Below the pieces are notes generated by a model, which was not told the origin of the DNA, searched no databases, and saw only the letters and a program-made list of their open reading frames with translations. A stretch of DNA of 64,000 bases. Source: Auanema rhodensis. Taxonomy: Eukaryota; Animalia; Nematoda. The position numbers and the translations under genes were made by a program. Shown here in pieces: positions 42,301 to 57,444 of the stretch. Numbering within the stretch: position 1 is the first letter of the stretch; each line of letters starts with the position of its first letter. The DNA lies in NCBI GenBank assembly GCA_964057225.1, contig OZ059895.1, positions 20,150,001-20,214,000 on the forward strand. Direction: 5' to 3'.

Positions 42301-45300
42301 ATTTTTGTCAAAATGTTTTTGGAAGCAATGTTGAGTGTACATGGAAACTCAACATACACTAATGCATCATTTTTCAAACGATCATAACTAATTTTTGTAT
42401 TAAGCGTTTCTCAATGTAGTATAGTGCATTCGATGCGGATTTTTAAGCTGCGTCGATCTGTGTTATCAGATTTGCTCTAGCTTAAAAATGCACCGAGATA
42501 TCAACTGATATATGTTCACACTTATATCCTCGATTTTCACCCTGAAGAAATTATTTTTTCGTTGAATAACATTGTCCATCGTCTTTGCCTTGAAAAAAGG
42601 AATCTAAAAACATCTACTTCTTGCTAAATTATTTTGAAATTTTTCGAAAAAATTTTTGTCAAAATGTTTTTGGAAGCAATGTTGAGTGTACATGGAAACT
42701 CAACATACACTAATGCATCATTTTTCAAACGATCATAACTAATTTTTGTATTGAGCGTTTCTCAATGTAGTATAGTGCATTCGATGCGGATTTTTAAGCT
42801 GCGTCGATCTGTGTTATCAGATTTGCGCTAGCTTAAAAATGCACCGAGATATCAACTGATATATGTTCACACTTATATCCTCGATTTTCACCCTGAAGAA
42901 ATTATTTTTTCGTTGAATAACATTGTCCATCGTCTTTGCCTTGAAAAAAGGAATCTAAAAACGTCTACTTCTTGCTAAATTATTTTGAAATTTTTCGAAA
43001 AAATTTTTGTCAAAATGTTTTTGGAAGCAATGTTGAGTGTACATGGAAACTCAACATACACTAATGCATCATTTTTCAAACGATCATAACTAATTTTTGT
43101 ATTGAGCGTTTCTCAATGTAGTATAGTGCATTCGATGCGGATTTTTAAGCTGCGTCGATCTGTGTTATCAGATTTGCGCTAGCTTAAAAATGCACCGAGA
43201 TATCAACTGATATATGTTCACACTTATATCCTCGATTTTCACCCTGAAGAAATTATTTTTTCGTTGAATAACATTGTCCATCGTCTTTGCCTTGAAAAAA
43301 GGAATCTAAAAACATCTACTTCTTGCTAAATTATTTTGAAATTTTTCGAAAAAATTTTTGTCAAAATGTTTTTGGAAGCAATGTTGAGTGTACATGGAAA
43401 CTCAACATACACTAATGCATCATTTTTCAAACGATCATAACTAATTTTTGTATTAAGCGTTTCTCAATGTAGTATAGTGCATTCGATGCGGATTTTTAAG
43501 CTGCGTCGATCTGTGTTATCAGATTTGCTCTAGCTTAAAAATGCACCGAGATATCAACTGATATATGTTCACACTTATATCCTCGATTTTCACCCTGAAG
43601 AAATTATTTTTTCGTTGAATAACATTGTCCATCGTCTTTGCCTTGAAAAAAGGAATCTAAAAACATCTACTTCTTGCTAAATTATTTTGAAATTTTTCGA
43701 AAAAATTTTTGTCAAAATGTTTTTGGAAGCAATGTTGAGTGTACATGGAAACTCAACATACACTAATGCATCATTTTTCAAACGATCATAACTAATTTTT
43801 GTATTAAGCGTTTCTCAATGTAGTATAGTGCATTCGATGCGGATTTTTAAGCTGCGTCGATCTGTGTTATCAGATTTGCGCTAGCTTAAAAATGCACCGA
43901 GATATCAACTGATATATGTTCACACTTATATCCTCGATTTTCACCCTGAAGAAATTATTTTTTCGTTGAATAACATTGTCCATCGTCTTTGCCTTGAAAA
44001 AAAAAATCTAAAAACATCTACTTCTTGCTAAATTATTTTGAAATTTTTCGAAAAAATTTTTGTCAAAATGTTTTTGGAAGCAATGTTGAGTGTACATGGA
44101 AACTCAACATACACTAATGCATCATTTTTCAAACGATCATAACTAATTTTTGTATTGAGCGTTTCTCGATGTAGTATAGTGCATTCGATGCGGATTTTTA
44201 AGCTGCGTCGATCTGTGTTATCAGATTTGCGCTAGCTTAAAAATGCACCGAGATATCAACTGATATAAGTTCACACTTAGATCCTCGATTTTCACCCTGA
44301 AGAATTAATTTTTTCGTTGAATAACAATGTCCATCGTCTTTGCCTTGAAAAAAGAAATCTAAAAACATCTACTTCTTGCTAAATTATATTGAAATTTTTC
44401 GAAAAAATTTTTGTCAAAATGTTTTTGGAAGCAATGTTGAGTGTACATGGAAACTCAACATACACTAATGCATCATTTTTCAAACGATCATAACTAATTT
44501 TTGTATTGAACGTTTCTCAATGTAGTATAGTGCATTCGATGCGGATTTTTAAGCTGCGTCGATCTGTGTTATCAGATTTGCGCTAGCTTAAAAATGCACC
44601 GAGATATCAACTGATATATGTTCACACTTATATCCTCGATTTTCACCCTGAAGAAATTATTTTTTCGTTGAATAACATTGTCCATCGTCTTTGCCTTGAA
44701 AAAAGGAATCTAAAAACATCTACTTCTTGCTAAATTATTTTGAAATTTTTCGAAAAAATTTTTGTCAAAATGTTTTTGGAAGCAATGTTGAGTGTACATG
44801 GAAACTCAACATACACTAATGCATCATTTTTCAAACGATCATAACTAATTTTTGTATTAAGCGTTTCTCAATGTAGTATAGTGCATTCGATGCGGATTTT
44901 TAAGCTGCGTCGATCTGTGTTATCAGATTTGCTCTAGCTTAAAAATGCACCGAGATATCAACTGATATATGTTCACACTTATATCCTCGATTTTCACCCT
45001 GAAGAAATTATTTTTTCGTTGAATAACATTGTCCATCGTCTTTGCCTTGAAAAAAGGAATCTAAAAACATCTACTTCTTGCTAAATTATTCTGAAATTTT
45101 TCGAAAAAATTTTTGTCAAAATGTTTTTGGAAGCAATGTTGAGTGTACATGGAAACTCAACATACACTAATGCATCATTTTTCAAACGATCATAACTAAT
45201 TTTTGTATTGAGCATTTCTCGATGTAGTATAGTGCATTCGATGCGGATTTTTAAGCTGCGTCGATCTGTGTTATCGGATTTGCGCTAGCTTAAAAATGCA

Positions 45301-48300
45301 CCGAGATATCAACTGATATAAGTTCACACTTAGATCCTCGATTTTCACCCTGAAGAATTAATTTTTTCGTTGAATAACAATGTCCATCGTCTTTGCCTTG
45401 AAAAAAGAAATCTAAAAACATCTACTTCTTGCTAAATTATTTTGAAATTTTTCGAAAAAATTTTTGTCAAAATGTTTTTGGAAGCAATGTTGAGTGTACA
45501 TGGAAACTCAACATACACTAATGCATCATTTTTCAAACGATCATAACTAATTTTTGTATTGAGCGTTTCTCAATGTAGTATAGTGCATTCGATGCGGATT
45601 TTTAAGCTGCGTCGATCTGTGTTATCAGATTTGCGCTAGCTTAAAAATGCACCGAGATATCAACTGATATATGTTCACACTTATATCCTCGATTTTCACC
45701 CTGAAGAAATTATTTTTTCGTTGAATAACATTGTCCATCGTCTTTGCCTTGAAAAAAGGAATCTAAAAACATCTACTTCTTGCTAAATTATTTTGAAATT
45801 TTTCGAAAAAATTTTTGTCAAAATGTTTTTGGAAGCAATGTTGAGTGTACATGGAAACTCAACATACACTAATGCATCATTTTTCAAACGATCATAACTA
45901 ATTTTTGTATTAAGCGTTTCTCAATGTAGTATAGTGCATTCGATGCGGATTTTTAAGCTGCGTCGATCTGTGTTATCAGATTTGCTCTAGCTTAAAAATG
46001 CACCGAGATATCAACTGATATATGTTCACACTTATATCCTCGATTTTCACCCTGAAGAAATTATTTTTTCGTTGAATAACATTGTCCATCGTCTTTGCCT
46101 TGAAAAAAGGAATCTAAAAACATCTACTTCTTGCTAAATTATTTTGAAATTTTTCGAAAAAATTTTTGTCAAAATGTTTTTGGAAGCAATGTTGAGTGTA
46201 CATGGAAACTCAACATACACTAATGCATCATTTTTCAAACGATCATAACTAATTTTTGTATTGAGCGTTTCTCAATGTAGTATAGTGCATTCGATGCGGA
46301 TTTTTAAGCTGCGTCGATCTGTGTTATCAGATTTGCGCTAGCTTAAAAATGCACCGAGATATCAACTGATATATGTTCACACTTATATCCTCGATTTTCA
46401 CCCTGAAGAAATTATTTTTTCGTTGAATAACATTGTCCATCGTCTTTGCCTTGAAAAAAGGAATCTAAAAACGTCTACTTCTTGCTAAATTATTTTGAAA
46501 TTTTTCGAAAAAATTTTTGTCAAAATGTTTTTGGAAGCAATGTTGAGTGTACATGGAAACTCAACATACACTAATGCATCATTTTTCAAACGATCATAAC
46601 TAATTTTTGTATTGAGCGTTTCTCAATGTAGTATAGTGCATTCGATGCGGATTTTTAAGCTGCGTCGATCTGTGTTATCAGATTTGCGCTAGCTTAAAAA
46701 TGCACCGAGATATCAACTGATATATGTTCACACTTATATCCTCGATTTTCACCCTGAAGAAATTATTTTTTCGTTGAATAACATTGTCCATCGTCTTTGC
46801 CTTGAAAAAAGGAATCTAAAAACATCTACTTCTTGCTAAATTATTTTGAAATTTTTCGAAAAAATTTTTGTCAAAATGTTTTTGGAAGCAATGTTGAGTG
46901 TACATGGAAACTCAACATACACTAATGCATCATTTTTCAAACGATCATAACTAATTTTTGTATTAAGCGTTTCTCAATGTAGTATAGTGCATTCGATGCG
47001 GATTTTTAAGCTGCGTCGATCTGTGTTATCAGATTTGCTCTAGCTTAAAAATGCACCGAGATATCAACTGATATATGTTCACACTTATATCCTCGATTTT
47101 CACCCTGAAGAAATTATTTTTTCGTTGAATAACATTGTCCATCGTCTTTGCCTTGAAAAAAGGAATCTAAAAACATCTACTTCTTGCTAAATTATTTTGA
47201 AATTTTTCGAAAAAATTTTTGTCAAAATGTTTTTGGAAGCAATGTTGAGTGTACATGGAAACTCAACATACACTAATGCATCATTTTTCAAACGATCATA
47301 ACTAATTTTTGTATTAAGCGTTTCTCAATGTAGTATAGTGCATTCGATGCGGATTTTTAAGCTGCGTCGATCTGTGTTATCAGATTTGCGCTAGCTTAAA
47401 AATGCACCGAGATATCAACTGATATATGTTCACACTTATATCCTCGATTTTCACCCTGAAGAAATTATTTTTTCGTTGAATAACATTGTCCATCGTCTTT
47501 GCCTTGAAAAAAAAAATCTAAAAACATCTACTTCTTGCTAAATTATTTTGAAATTTTTCGAAAAAATTTTTGTCAAAATGTTTTTGGAAGCAATGTTGAG
47601 TGTACATGGAAACTCAACATACACTAATGCATCATTTTTCAAACGATCATAACTAATTTTTGTATTGAGCGTTTCTCGATGTAGTATAGTGCATTCGATG
47701 CGGATTTTTAAGCTGCGTCGATCTGTGTTATCAGATTTGCGCTAGCTTAAAAATGCACCGAGATATCAACTGATATAAGTTCACACTTAGATCCTCGATT
47801 TTCACCCTGAAGAATTAATTTTTTCGTTGAATAACAATGTCCATCGTCTTTGCCTTGAAAAAAGAAATCTAAAAACATCTACTTCTTGCTAAATTATATT
47901 GAAATTTTTCGAAAAAATTTTTGTCAAAATGTTTTTGGAAGCAATGTTGAGTGTACATGGAAACTCAACATACACTAATGCATCATTTTTCAAACGATCA
48001 TAACTAATTTTTGTATTGAACGTTTCTCAATGTAGTATAGTGCATTCGATGCGGATTTTTAAGCTGCGTCGATCTGTGTTATCAGATTTGCGCTAGCTTA
48101 AAAATGCACCGAGATATCAACTGATATATGTTCACACTTATATCCTCGATTTTCACCCTGAAGAAATTATTTTTTCGTTGAATAACATTGTCCATCGTCT
48201 TTGCCTTGAAAAAAGGAATCTAAAAACATCTACTTCTTGCTAAATTATTTTGAAATTTTTCGAAAAAATTTTTGTCAAAATGTTTTTGGAAGCAATGTTG

Positions 48301-51300
48301 AGTGTACATGGAAACTCAACATACACTAATGCATCATTTTTCAAACGATCATAACTAATTTTTGTATTAAGCGTTTCTCAATGTAGTATAGTGCATTCGA
48401 TGCGGATTTTTAAGCTGCGTCGATCTGTGTTATCAGATTTGCTCTAGCTTAAAAATGCACCGAGATATCAACTGATATATGTTCACACTTATATCCTCGA
48501 TTTTCACCCTGAAGAAATTATTTTTTCGTTGAATAACATTGTCCATCGTCTTTGCCTTGAAAAAAGGAATCTAAAAACATCTACTTCTTGCTAAATTATT
48601 CTGAAATTTTTCGAAAAAATTTTTGTCAAAATGTTTTTGGAAGCAATGTTGAGTGTACATGGAAACTCAACATACACTAATGCATCATTTTTCAAACGAT
48701 CATAACTAATTTTTGTATTGAGCATTTCTCGATGTAGTATAGTGCATTCGATGCGGATTTTTAAGCTGCGTCGATCTGTGTTATCGGATTTGCGCTAGCT
48801 TAAAAATGCACCGAGATATCAACTGATATAAGTTCACACTTAGATCCTCGATTTTCACCCTGAAGAATTAATTTTTTCGTTGAATAACAATGTCCATCGT
48901 CTTTGCCTTGAAAAAAGAAATCTAAAAACATCTACTTCTTGCTAAATTATTTTGAAATTTTTCGAAAAAATTTTTGTCAAAATGTTTTTGGAAGCAATGT
49001 TGAGTGTACATGGAAACTCAACATACACTAATGCATCATTTTTCAAACGATCATAACTAATTTTTGTATTGAGCGTTTCTCAATGTAGTATAGTGCATTC
49101 GATGCGGATTTTTAAGCTGCGTCGATCTGTGTTATCAGATTTGCGCTAGCTTAAAAATGCACCGAGATATCAACTGATATATGTTCACACTTATATCCTC
49201 GATTTTCACCCTGAAGAAATTATTTTTTCGTTGAATAACATTGTCCATCGTCTTTGCCTTGAAAAAAGGAATCTAAAAACATCTACTTCTTGCTAAATTA
49301 TTTTGAAATTTTTCGAAAAAATTTTTGTCAAAATGTTTTTGGAAGCAATGTTGAGTGTACATGGAAACTCAACATACACTAATGCATCATTTTTCAAACG
49401 ATCATAACTAATTTTTGTATTGAGCGTTTCTCAATGTAGTATAGTGCATTCGATGCGGATTTTTAAGCTGCGTCGATCTGTGTTATCAGATTTGCGCTAG
49501 CTTGAAAATGCACCGAGATATCAACTGATATATGTTCACACTTATATCCTCGATTTTCACCCTGAAGAAATTATTTTTTCGTTGAATAACATTGTCCATC
49601 GTCTTTGCCTTGAAAAAAGGAATCTAAAAACATCTACTTCTTGCTAAATTATTTTGAAATTTTTCGAAAAAATTTTTGTCAAAATGTTTTTGGAAGCAAT
49701 GTTGAGTGTACATGGAAACTCAACATACACTAATGCATCATTTTTCAAACGATCATAACTAATTTTTGTATTGAGCGTTTCTCAATGTAGTATAGTGCAT
49801 TCGATGCGGATTTTTAAGCTGCGTCGATCTGTGTTATCAGATTTGCGCTAGCTTAAAAATGCACCGAGATATCAACTGATATATGTTCACACTTATATCC
49901 TCGATTTTCACCCTGAAGAAATTATTTTTTCGTTGAATAACATTGTCCATCGTCTTTGCCTTGAAAAAAGGAATCTAAAAACGTCTACTTCTTGCTAAAT
50001 TATTTTGAAATTTTTCGAAAAAAGTTTTGTCAAAATGTTTTTGGAAGCAATGTTGAGTGTACATGGAAACTCAACATACACTAATGCATCATTTTTCAAA
50101 CGATCATAACTAATTTTTGTATTGAGCGTTTCTCAATGTAGTATAGTGCATTCGATGCGGATTTGTAAGCTGCGTCGATCTGTGTTATCAGATTTGCGCT
50201 AGCTTAAAAATGCACCGAGATATCAACTGATATATGTTCACACTTATATCCTCGATTTTCACCCTGAAGAAATTATTTTTTCGTTGAATAACATTGTCCA
50301 TCGTCTTTGCCTTGAAAAAAGGAATCTAAAAACATCTACTTCTTGCTAAATTATTTTGAAATTTTTCGAAAAAATTTTTGTCAAAATGTTTTTGGAAGCA
50401 ATGTTGAGTGTACATGGAAACTCAACATACACTAATGCATCATTTTTCAAACGATCATAACTAATTTTTGTATTAAGCGTTTCTCAATGTAGTATAGTGC
50501 ATTCGATGCGGATTTTTAAGCTGCGTCGATCTGTGTTATCAGATTTGCGCTAGCTTAAAAATGCACCGAGATATCAACTGATATATGTTCACACTTATAT
50601 CCTCGATTTTCACCCTGAAGAAATTATTTTTTCGTTGAATAACATTGTCCATCGTCTTTGCCTTGAAAAAAGGAATCTAAAAACATCTACTTCTTGCTAA
50701 ATTATTCTGAAATTTTTCGAAAAAATTTTTGTCAAAATGTTTTTGGAAGCAATGTTGAGTGTACATGGAAACTCAACATACACTAATGCATCATTTTTCA
50801 AACGATCATAACTAATTTTTGTATTGAGCATTTCTCGATGTAGTATAGTGCATTCGATGCGGATTTTTAAGCTGCGTCGATCTGTGTTATCGGATTTGCG
50901 CTAGCTTAAAAATGCACCGAGATATCAACTGATATAAGTTCACACTTAGATCCTCGATTTTCACCCTGAAGAATTAATTTTTTCGTTGAATAACAATGTC
51001 CATCGTCTTTGCCTTGAAAAAAGAAATCTAAAAACATCTACTTCTTGCTAAATTATTTTGAAATTTTTCGAAAAAATTTTTGTCAAAATGTTTTTGGAAG
51101 CAATGTTGAGTGTACATGGAAACTCAACATACACTAATGCATCATTTTTCAAACGATCATAACTAATTTTTGTATTGAGCGTTTCTCAATGTAGTATAGT
51201 GCATTCGATGCGGATTTTTAAGCTGCGTCGATCTGTGTTATCAGAATTGCGCTAGCTTAAAAATGCACCGAGATATCAACTGATATATGTTCACACTTAT

Positions 51301-52649
51301 ATCCTCGATTTTCACCCTGAAGAAATTATTTTTTCGTTGAATAACATTGTCCATCGTCTTTGCCTTGAAAAAAGGAATCTAAAAACATCTACTTCTTGCT
51401 AAATTATTTTGAAATTTTTCGAAAAAATTTTTGTCAAAATGTTTTTGGAAGCAATGTTGAGTGTACATGGAAACTCAACATACACTAATGCATCATTTTT
51501 CAAACGATCATAACTAATTTTTGTATTGAGCGTTTCTCAATGTAGTATAGTGCATTCGATGCGGATTTTTAAGCTGCGTCGATCTGTGTTATCAGATTTG
51601 CGCTAGCTTGAAAATGCACCGAGATATCAACTGATATATGTTCACACTTATATCCTCGATTTTCACCCTGAAGAAATTATTTTTTCGTTGAATAACATTG
51701 TCCATCGTCTTTGCCTTGAAAAAAGGAATCTAAAAACATCTACTTCTTGCTAAATTATTTTGAAATTTTTCGAAAAAATTTTTGTCAAAATGTTTTTGGA
51801 AGCAATGTTGAGTGTACATGGAAACTCAACATACACTAATGCATCATTTTTCAAACGATCATAACTAATTTTTGTATTGAGCGTTTCTCAATGTAGTATA
51901 GTGCATTCGATGCGGATTTTTAAGCTGCGTCGATCTGTGTTATCAGATTTGCGCTAGCTTAAAAATGCACCGAGATATCAACTGATATATGTTCACACTT
52001 ATATCCTCGATTTTCACCCTGAAGAAATTATTTTTTCGTTGAATAACATTGTCCATCGTCTTTGCCTTGAAAAAAGGAATCTAAAAACGTCTACTTCTTG
52101 CTAAATTATTTTGAAATTTTTCGAAAAAAGTTTTGTCAAAATGTTTTTGGAAGCAATGTTGAGTGTACATGGAAACTCAACATACACTAATGCATCATTT
52201 TTCAAACGATCATAACTAATTTTTGTATTGAGCGTTTCTCAATGTAGTATAGTGCATTCGATGCGGATTTGTAAGCTGCGTCGATCTGTGTTATCAGATT
52301 TGCGCTAGCTTAAAAATGCACCGAGATATCAACTGATATATGTTCACACTTATATCCTCGATTTTCACCCTGAAGAAATTATTTTTTCGTTGAATAACAT
52401 TGTCCATCGTCTTTGCCTTGAAAAAAGGAATCTAAAAACATCTACTTCTTGCTAAATTATTTTGAAATTTTTCGAAAAAATTTTTGTCAAAATGTTTTTG
52501 GAAGCAATGTTGAGTGTACATGGAAACTCAACATACACTAATGCATCATTTTTCAAACGATCATAACTAATTTTTGTATTAAGCGTTTCTCAATGTAGTA
52601 TAGTGCATTCGATGCGGATTTTTAAGCTGCGTCGATCTGTGTTATCAGA
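39312..52649 (+). repeat. Nested duplications at 13-, 10- and 6-monomer offsets
   Basis: G285A at 39947, 44510 and 48020 (+4563, +3510). A142G at 42963/46473 (+3510). T164C at 40528, 45091 and 48601. Offsets of +2106 for A14G 49504/51610, A142G 49983/52089, T183G 50024/52130 and T324G 50165/52271. Confidence 0.85.
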
Positions 52650-55600
52650 TTTGCGCTAGCTTAAAAATGCACCGAGATATCAACTGATATATGTTCACAC
52701 TTATATCCTCGATTTTCACCCTGAAGAAATTATTTTTTCGTTGAATAACATTGTCCATCGTCTTTGCCTTGAAAAAAGGAATCTAAAAACATCTACTTCT
52801 TGCTAAATTATTTTGAAATTTTTCGAAAAAATTTTTGTCAAAATGTTTTTGGAAGCAATGTTGAGTGTACATGGAAACTCAACATACACTAATGCATCAT
52901 TTTTCAAACGATCATAACTAATTTTTGTATTAAGCGTTTCTCAATGTAGTATAGTGCATTCGATGCGGATTTTTAAGCTGCGTCGATCTGTGTTATCAGA
53001 TTTGCGCTAGCTTAAAAATGCACCGAGATATCAACTGATATATGTTCACACTTATATCCTCGATTTTCACCCTGAAGAAATTATTTTTTCGTTGAATAAC
53101 ATTGTCCATCGTCTTTGCCTTGAAAAAAAAAATCTAAAAACATCTACTTCTTGCTAAATTATTTTGAAATTTTTCGAAAAAATTTTTGTCAAAATGTTTT
53201 TGGAAGCAATGTTGAGTGTACATGGAAACTCAACATACACTAATGCATCATTTTTCAAACGATCATAACTAATTTTTGTATTGAGCGTTTCTCAATGTAG
53301 TATAGTGCATTCGATGCGGATTTGTAAGCTGCGTCGATCTGTGTTATCAGATTTGCGCTAGCTTAAAAATGCACCGAGATATCAACTGATATATGTTCAC
53401 ACTTATATCCTCGATTTTCACCCTGAAGAAATTATTTTTTCGTTGAATAACATTGTCCATCGTCTTTGCCTTGAAAAAAGGAATCCAAAAACGTCTACTT
53501 CTTGCTAAATTATTTTGAAATTTTTCGAAAAAATTTTTGTCAAAATGTTTTTGGAAGCAATGTTGAGTGTACATGGAAACTCAACATACACTAATGCATC
53601 ATTTTTCAAACGATCATAACTAATTTTTGTATTGAGCGTTTCTCAATGTAGTATAGTGCATTCGATGCGGATTTGTAAGCTGCGTCGATCTGTGTTATCA
53701 GATTTGCGCTAGCTTAAAAATGCACCGAGATATCAACTGATATATGTTCACACTTATATCCTCGATTTTCACCCTGAAGAAATTATTTTTTCGTTGAATA
53801 ACATTGTCCATCGTCTTTGCCTTGAAAAAAGGAATCTAAAAACATCTACTTCTTGCTAAATTATTTTGAAATTTTTCGAAAAAATTTTTGTCAAAATGTT
53901 TTTGGAAGCAATGTTGAGTGTACATGGAAACTCAACATACACTAATGCATCATTTTTCAAACGATCATAACTAATTTTTGTATTAAGCGTTTCTCAATGT
54001 AGTATAGTGCATTCGATGCGGATTTTTAAGCTGCGTCGATCTGTGTTATCAGATTTGCTCTAGCTTAAAAATGCACCGAGATATCAACTGATATATGTTC
54101 ACACTTATATCCTCGATTTTCACCCTGAAGAAATTATTTTTTCGTTGAATAACATTGTCCATCGTCTTTGCCTTGAAAAAAGGAATCTAAAAACATCTAC
54201 TTCTTGCTAAATTATTCTGAAATTTTTCGAAAAAATTTTTGTCAAAATGTTTTTGGAAGCAATGTTGAGTGTACATGGAAACTCAACATACACTAATGCA
54301 TCATTTTTCAAACGATCATAACTAATTTTTGTATTGAGCATTTCTCGATGTAGTATAGTGCATTCGATGCGGATTTTTAAGCTGCGTCGATCTGTGTTAT
54401 CAGATTTGCGCTAGCTTAAAAATGCACCGAGATATCAACTGATATAAGTTCACACTTAGATCCTCGATTTTCACCCTGAAGAATTAATTTTTTCGTTGAA
54501 TAACAATGTCCATCGTCTTTGCCTTGAAAAAAGAAATCTAAAAACATCTACTTCTTGCTAAATTATTTTGAAATTTTTCGAAAAAATTTTTGTCAAAATG
54601 TTTTTGGAAGCAATGTTGAGTGTACATGGAAACTCAACATACACTAATGCATCATTTTTCAAACGATCATAACTAATTTTTGTATTGAGCGTTTCTCAAT
54701 GTAGTATAGTGCATTCGATGCGGATTTTTAAGCTGCGTCGATCTGTGTTATCAGATTTGCGCTAGCTTAAAAATGCACCGAGATATCAACTGATATATGT
54801 TCACACTTATATCCTCGATTTTCACCCTGAAGAAATTATTTTTTCGTTGAATAACATTGTCCATCGTCTTTGCCTTGAAAAAAGGAATCTAAAAACATCT
54901 ACTTCTTGCTAAATTATTTTGAAATTTTTCGAAAAAATTTTTGTCAAAATGTTTTTGGAAGCAATGTTGAGTGTACATGGAAACTCAACATACACTAATG
55001 CATCATTTTTCAAACGATCATAACTAATTTTTGTATTGAGCGTTTCTCAATGTAGTATAGTGCATTCGATGCGGATTTTTAAGCTGCGTCGATCTGTGTT
55101 ATCAGATTTGCGCTAGCTTGAAAATGCACCGAGATATCAACTGATATATGTTCACACTTATATCCTCGATTTTCACCCTGAAGAAATTATTTTTTCGTTG
55201 AATAACATTGTCCATCGTCTTTGCCTTGAAAAAAGGAATCTAAAAACATCTACTTCTTGCTAAATTATTTTGAAATTTTTCGAAAAAATTTTTGTCAAAA
55301 TGTTTTTGGAAGCAATGTTGAGTGTACATGGAAACTCAACATACACTAATGCATCATTTTTCAAACGATCATAACTAATTTTTGTATTGAGCGTTTCTCA
55401 ATGTAGTATAGTGCATTCGATGCGGATTTTTAAGCTGCGTCGATCTGTGTTATCAGATTTGCGCTAGCTTAAAAATGCACCGAGATATCAACTGATATAT
55501 GTTCACACTTATATCCTCGATTTTCACCCTGAAGAAATTATTTTTTCGTTGAATAACATTGTCCATCGTCTTTGCCTTGAAAAAAGGAATCTAAAAACAT

Positions 55601-57212
55601 CTACTTCTTGCTAAATTATTTTGAAATTTTTCGAAAAAATTTTTGTCAAAATGTTTTTGGAAGCAATGTTGAGTGTACATGGAAACTCAACATACACTAA
55701 TGCATCATTTTTCAAACGATCATAACTAATTTTTGTATTGAGCGTTTCTCAATGTAGTATAGTGCATTCGATGCGGATTTTTAAGCTGCGTCGATCTGTG
55801 TTATCAGATTTGCGCTAGCTTAAAAATGCACCGAGATATCAACTGATATATGTTCACACTTATATCCTCGATTTTCACCCTGAAGAAATTATTTTTTCGT
55901 TGAATAACATTGTCCATCGTCTTTGCCTTGAAAAAAGGAATCTAAAAACATCTACTTCTTGCTAAATTATTTTGAAATTTTTCGAAAAAATTTTTGTCAA
56001 AATGTTTTTGGAAGCAATGTTGAGTGTACATGGAAACTCAACATACACTAATGCATCATTTTTCAAACGATCATAACTAATTTTTGTATTGAGCGTTTCT
56101 CAATGTAGTATAGTGCATTCGATGCGGATTTTTAAGCTGCGTCGATCTGTGTTATCAGATTTGCGCTAGCTTAAAAATGCACCGAGATATCAACTGATAT
56201 ATGTTCACACTTATATCCTCGATTTTCACCCTGAAGAAATTATTTTTTCGTTGAATAACATTGTCCATCGTCTTTGCCTTGAAAAAAGGAATCTAAAAAC
56301 ATCTACTTCTTGCTAAATTATTTTGAAATTTTTCGAAAAAATTTTTGTCAAAATGTTTTTGGAAGCAATGTTGAGTGTACATGGAAACTCAACATACACT
56401 AATGCATCATTTTTCAAACGATCATAACTAATTTTTGTATTGAGCGTTTCTCAATGTAGTATAGTGCATTCGATGCGGATTTTTAAGCTGCGTCGATCTG
56501 TGTTATCAGATTTGCGCTAGCTTAAAAATGCACCGAGATATCAACTGATATATGTTCACACTTATATCCTCGATTTTCACCCTGAAGAAATTATTTTTTC
56601 GTTGAATAACATTGTCCATCGTCTTTGCCTTGAAAAAAGGAATCTAAAAACATCTACTTCTTGCTAAATTATTTTGAAATTTTTCGAAAAAATTTTTGTC
56701 AAAATGTTTTTGGAAGCAATGTTGAGTGTACATGGAAACTCAACATACACTAATGCATCATTTTTCAAACGATCATAACTAATTTTTGTATTGAGCGTTT
56801 CTCAATGTAGTATAGTGCATTCGATGCGGATTTTTAAGCTGCGTCGATCTGTGTTATCAGATTTGCGCTAGCTTAAAAATGCACCGAGATATCAACTGAT
56901 ATATGTTCACACTTATATCCTCGATTTTCACCCTGAAGAAATTATTTTTTCGTTGAATAACATTGTCCATCGTCTTTGCCTTGAAAAAAGGAATCTAAAA
57001 ACATCTACTTCTTGCTAAATTATTTTGAAATTTTTCGAAAAAATTTTTGTCAAAATGTTTTTGGAAGCAATGTTGAGTGTACATGGAAACTCAACATACA
57101 CTAATGCATCATTTTTCAAACGATCATAACTAATTTTTGTATTGAGCGTTTCTCAATGTAGTATAGTGCATTCGATGCGGATTTTTAAGCTGCGTCGATC
57201 TGTGTTATCAGA

Positions 57213-57444
57213 TTTGCGCTAGCTTAAAAATGCACCGAGATATCAACTGATATATGTTCACACTTATATCCTCGATTTTCACCCTGAAGAAATTATTTTT
57301 TCGTTGAATAACATTGTCCATCGTCTTTGCCTTGAAAAAAGGAATCTAAAAACATCTACTTCTTGCTAAATTATTTTGAAATTTTTCGAAAAAATTTTTG
57401 TCAAAATGTTTTTGGAAGCAATGTTGAGTGTACATGGAAACAGA
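57213..57444 (+). repeat. 232-bp truncated monomer (119-bp deletion of monomer positions 230-348)
   Basis: Junction catggaaac|agatttgcg at 57441/57442. Confidence 0.97.

Noticed and set aside
53347-53574. 75-aa minus-strand ORF (MYTQHCFQKH...) from the ORF track
   Set aside because: It is ordinary satellite sequence. A private T>C at 53486 (monomer position 135) turns the TAG present in the other monomers into TGG, extending a 29-codon ORF. One copy in 184, no recognisable domain, and an F/K/N/I-rich composition typical of translated AT-rich DNA.
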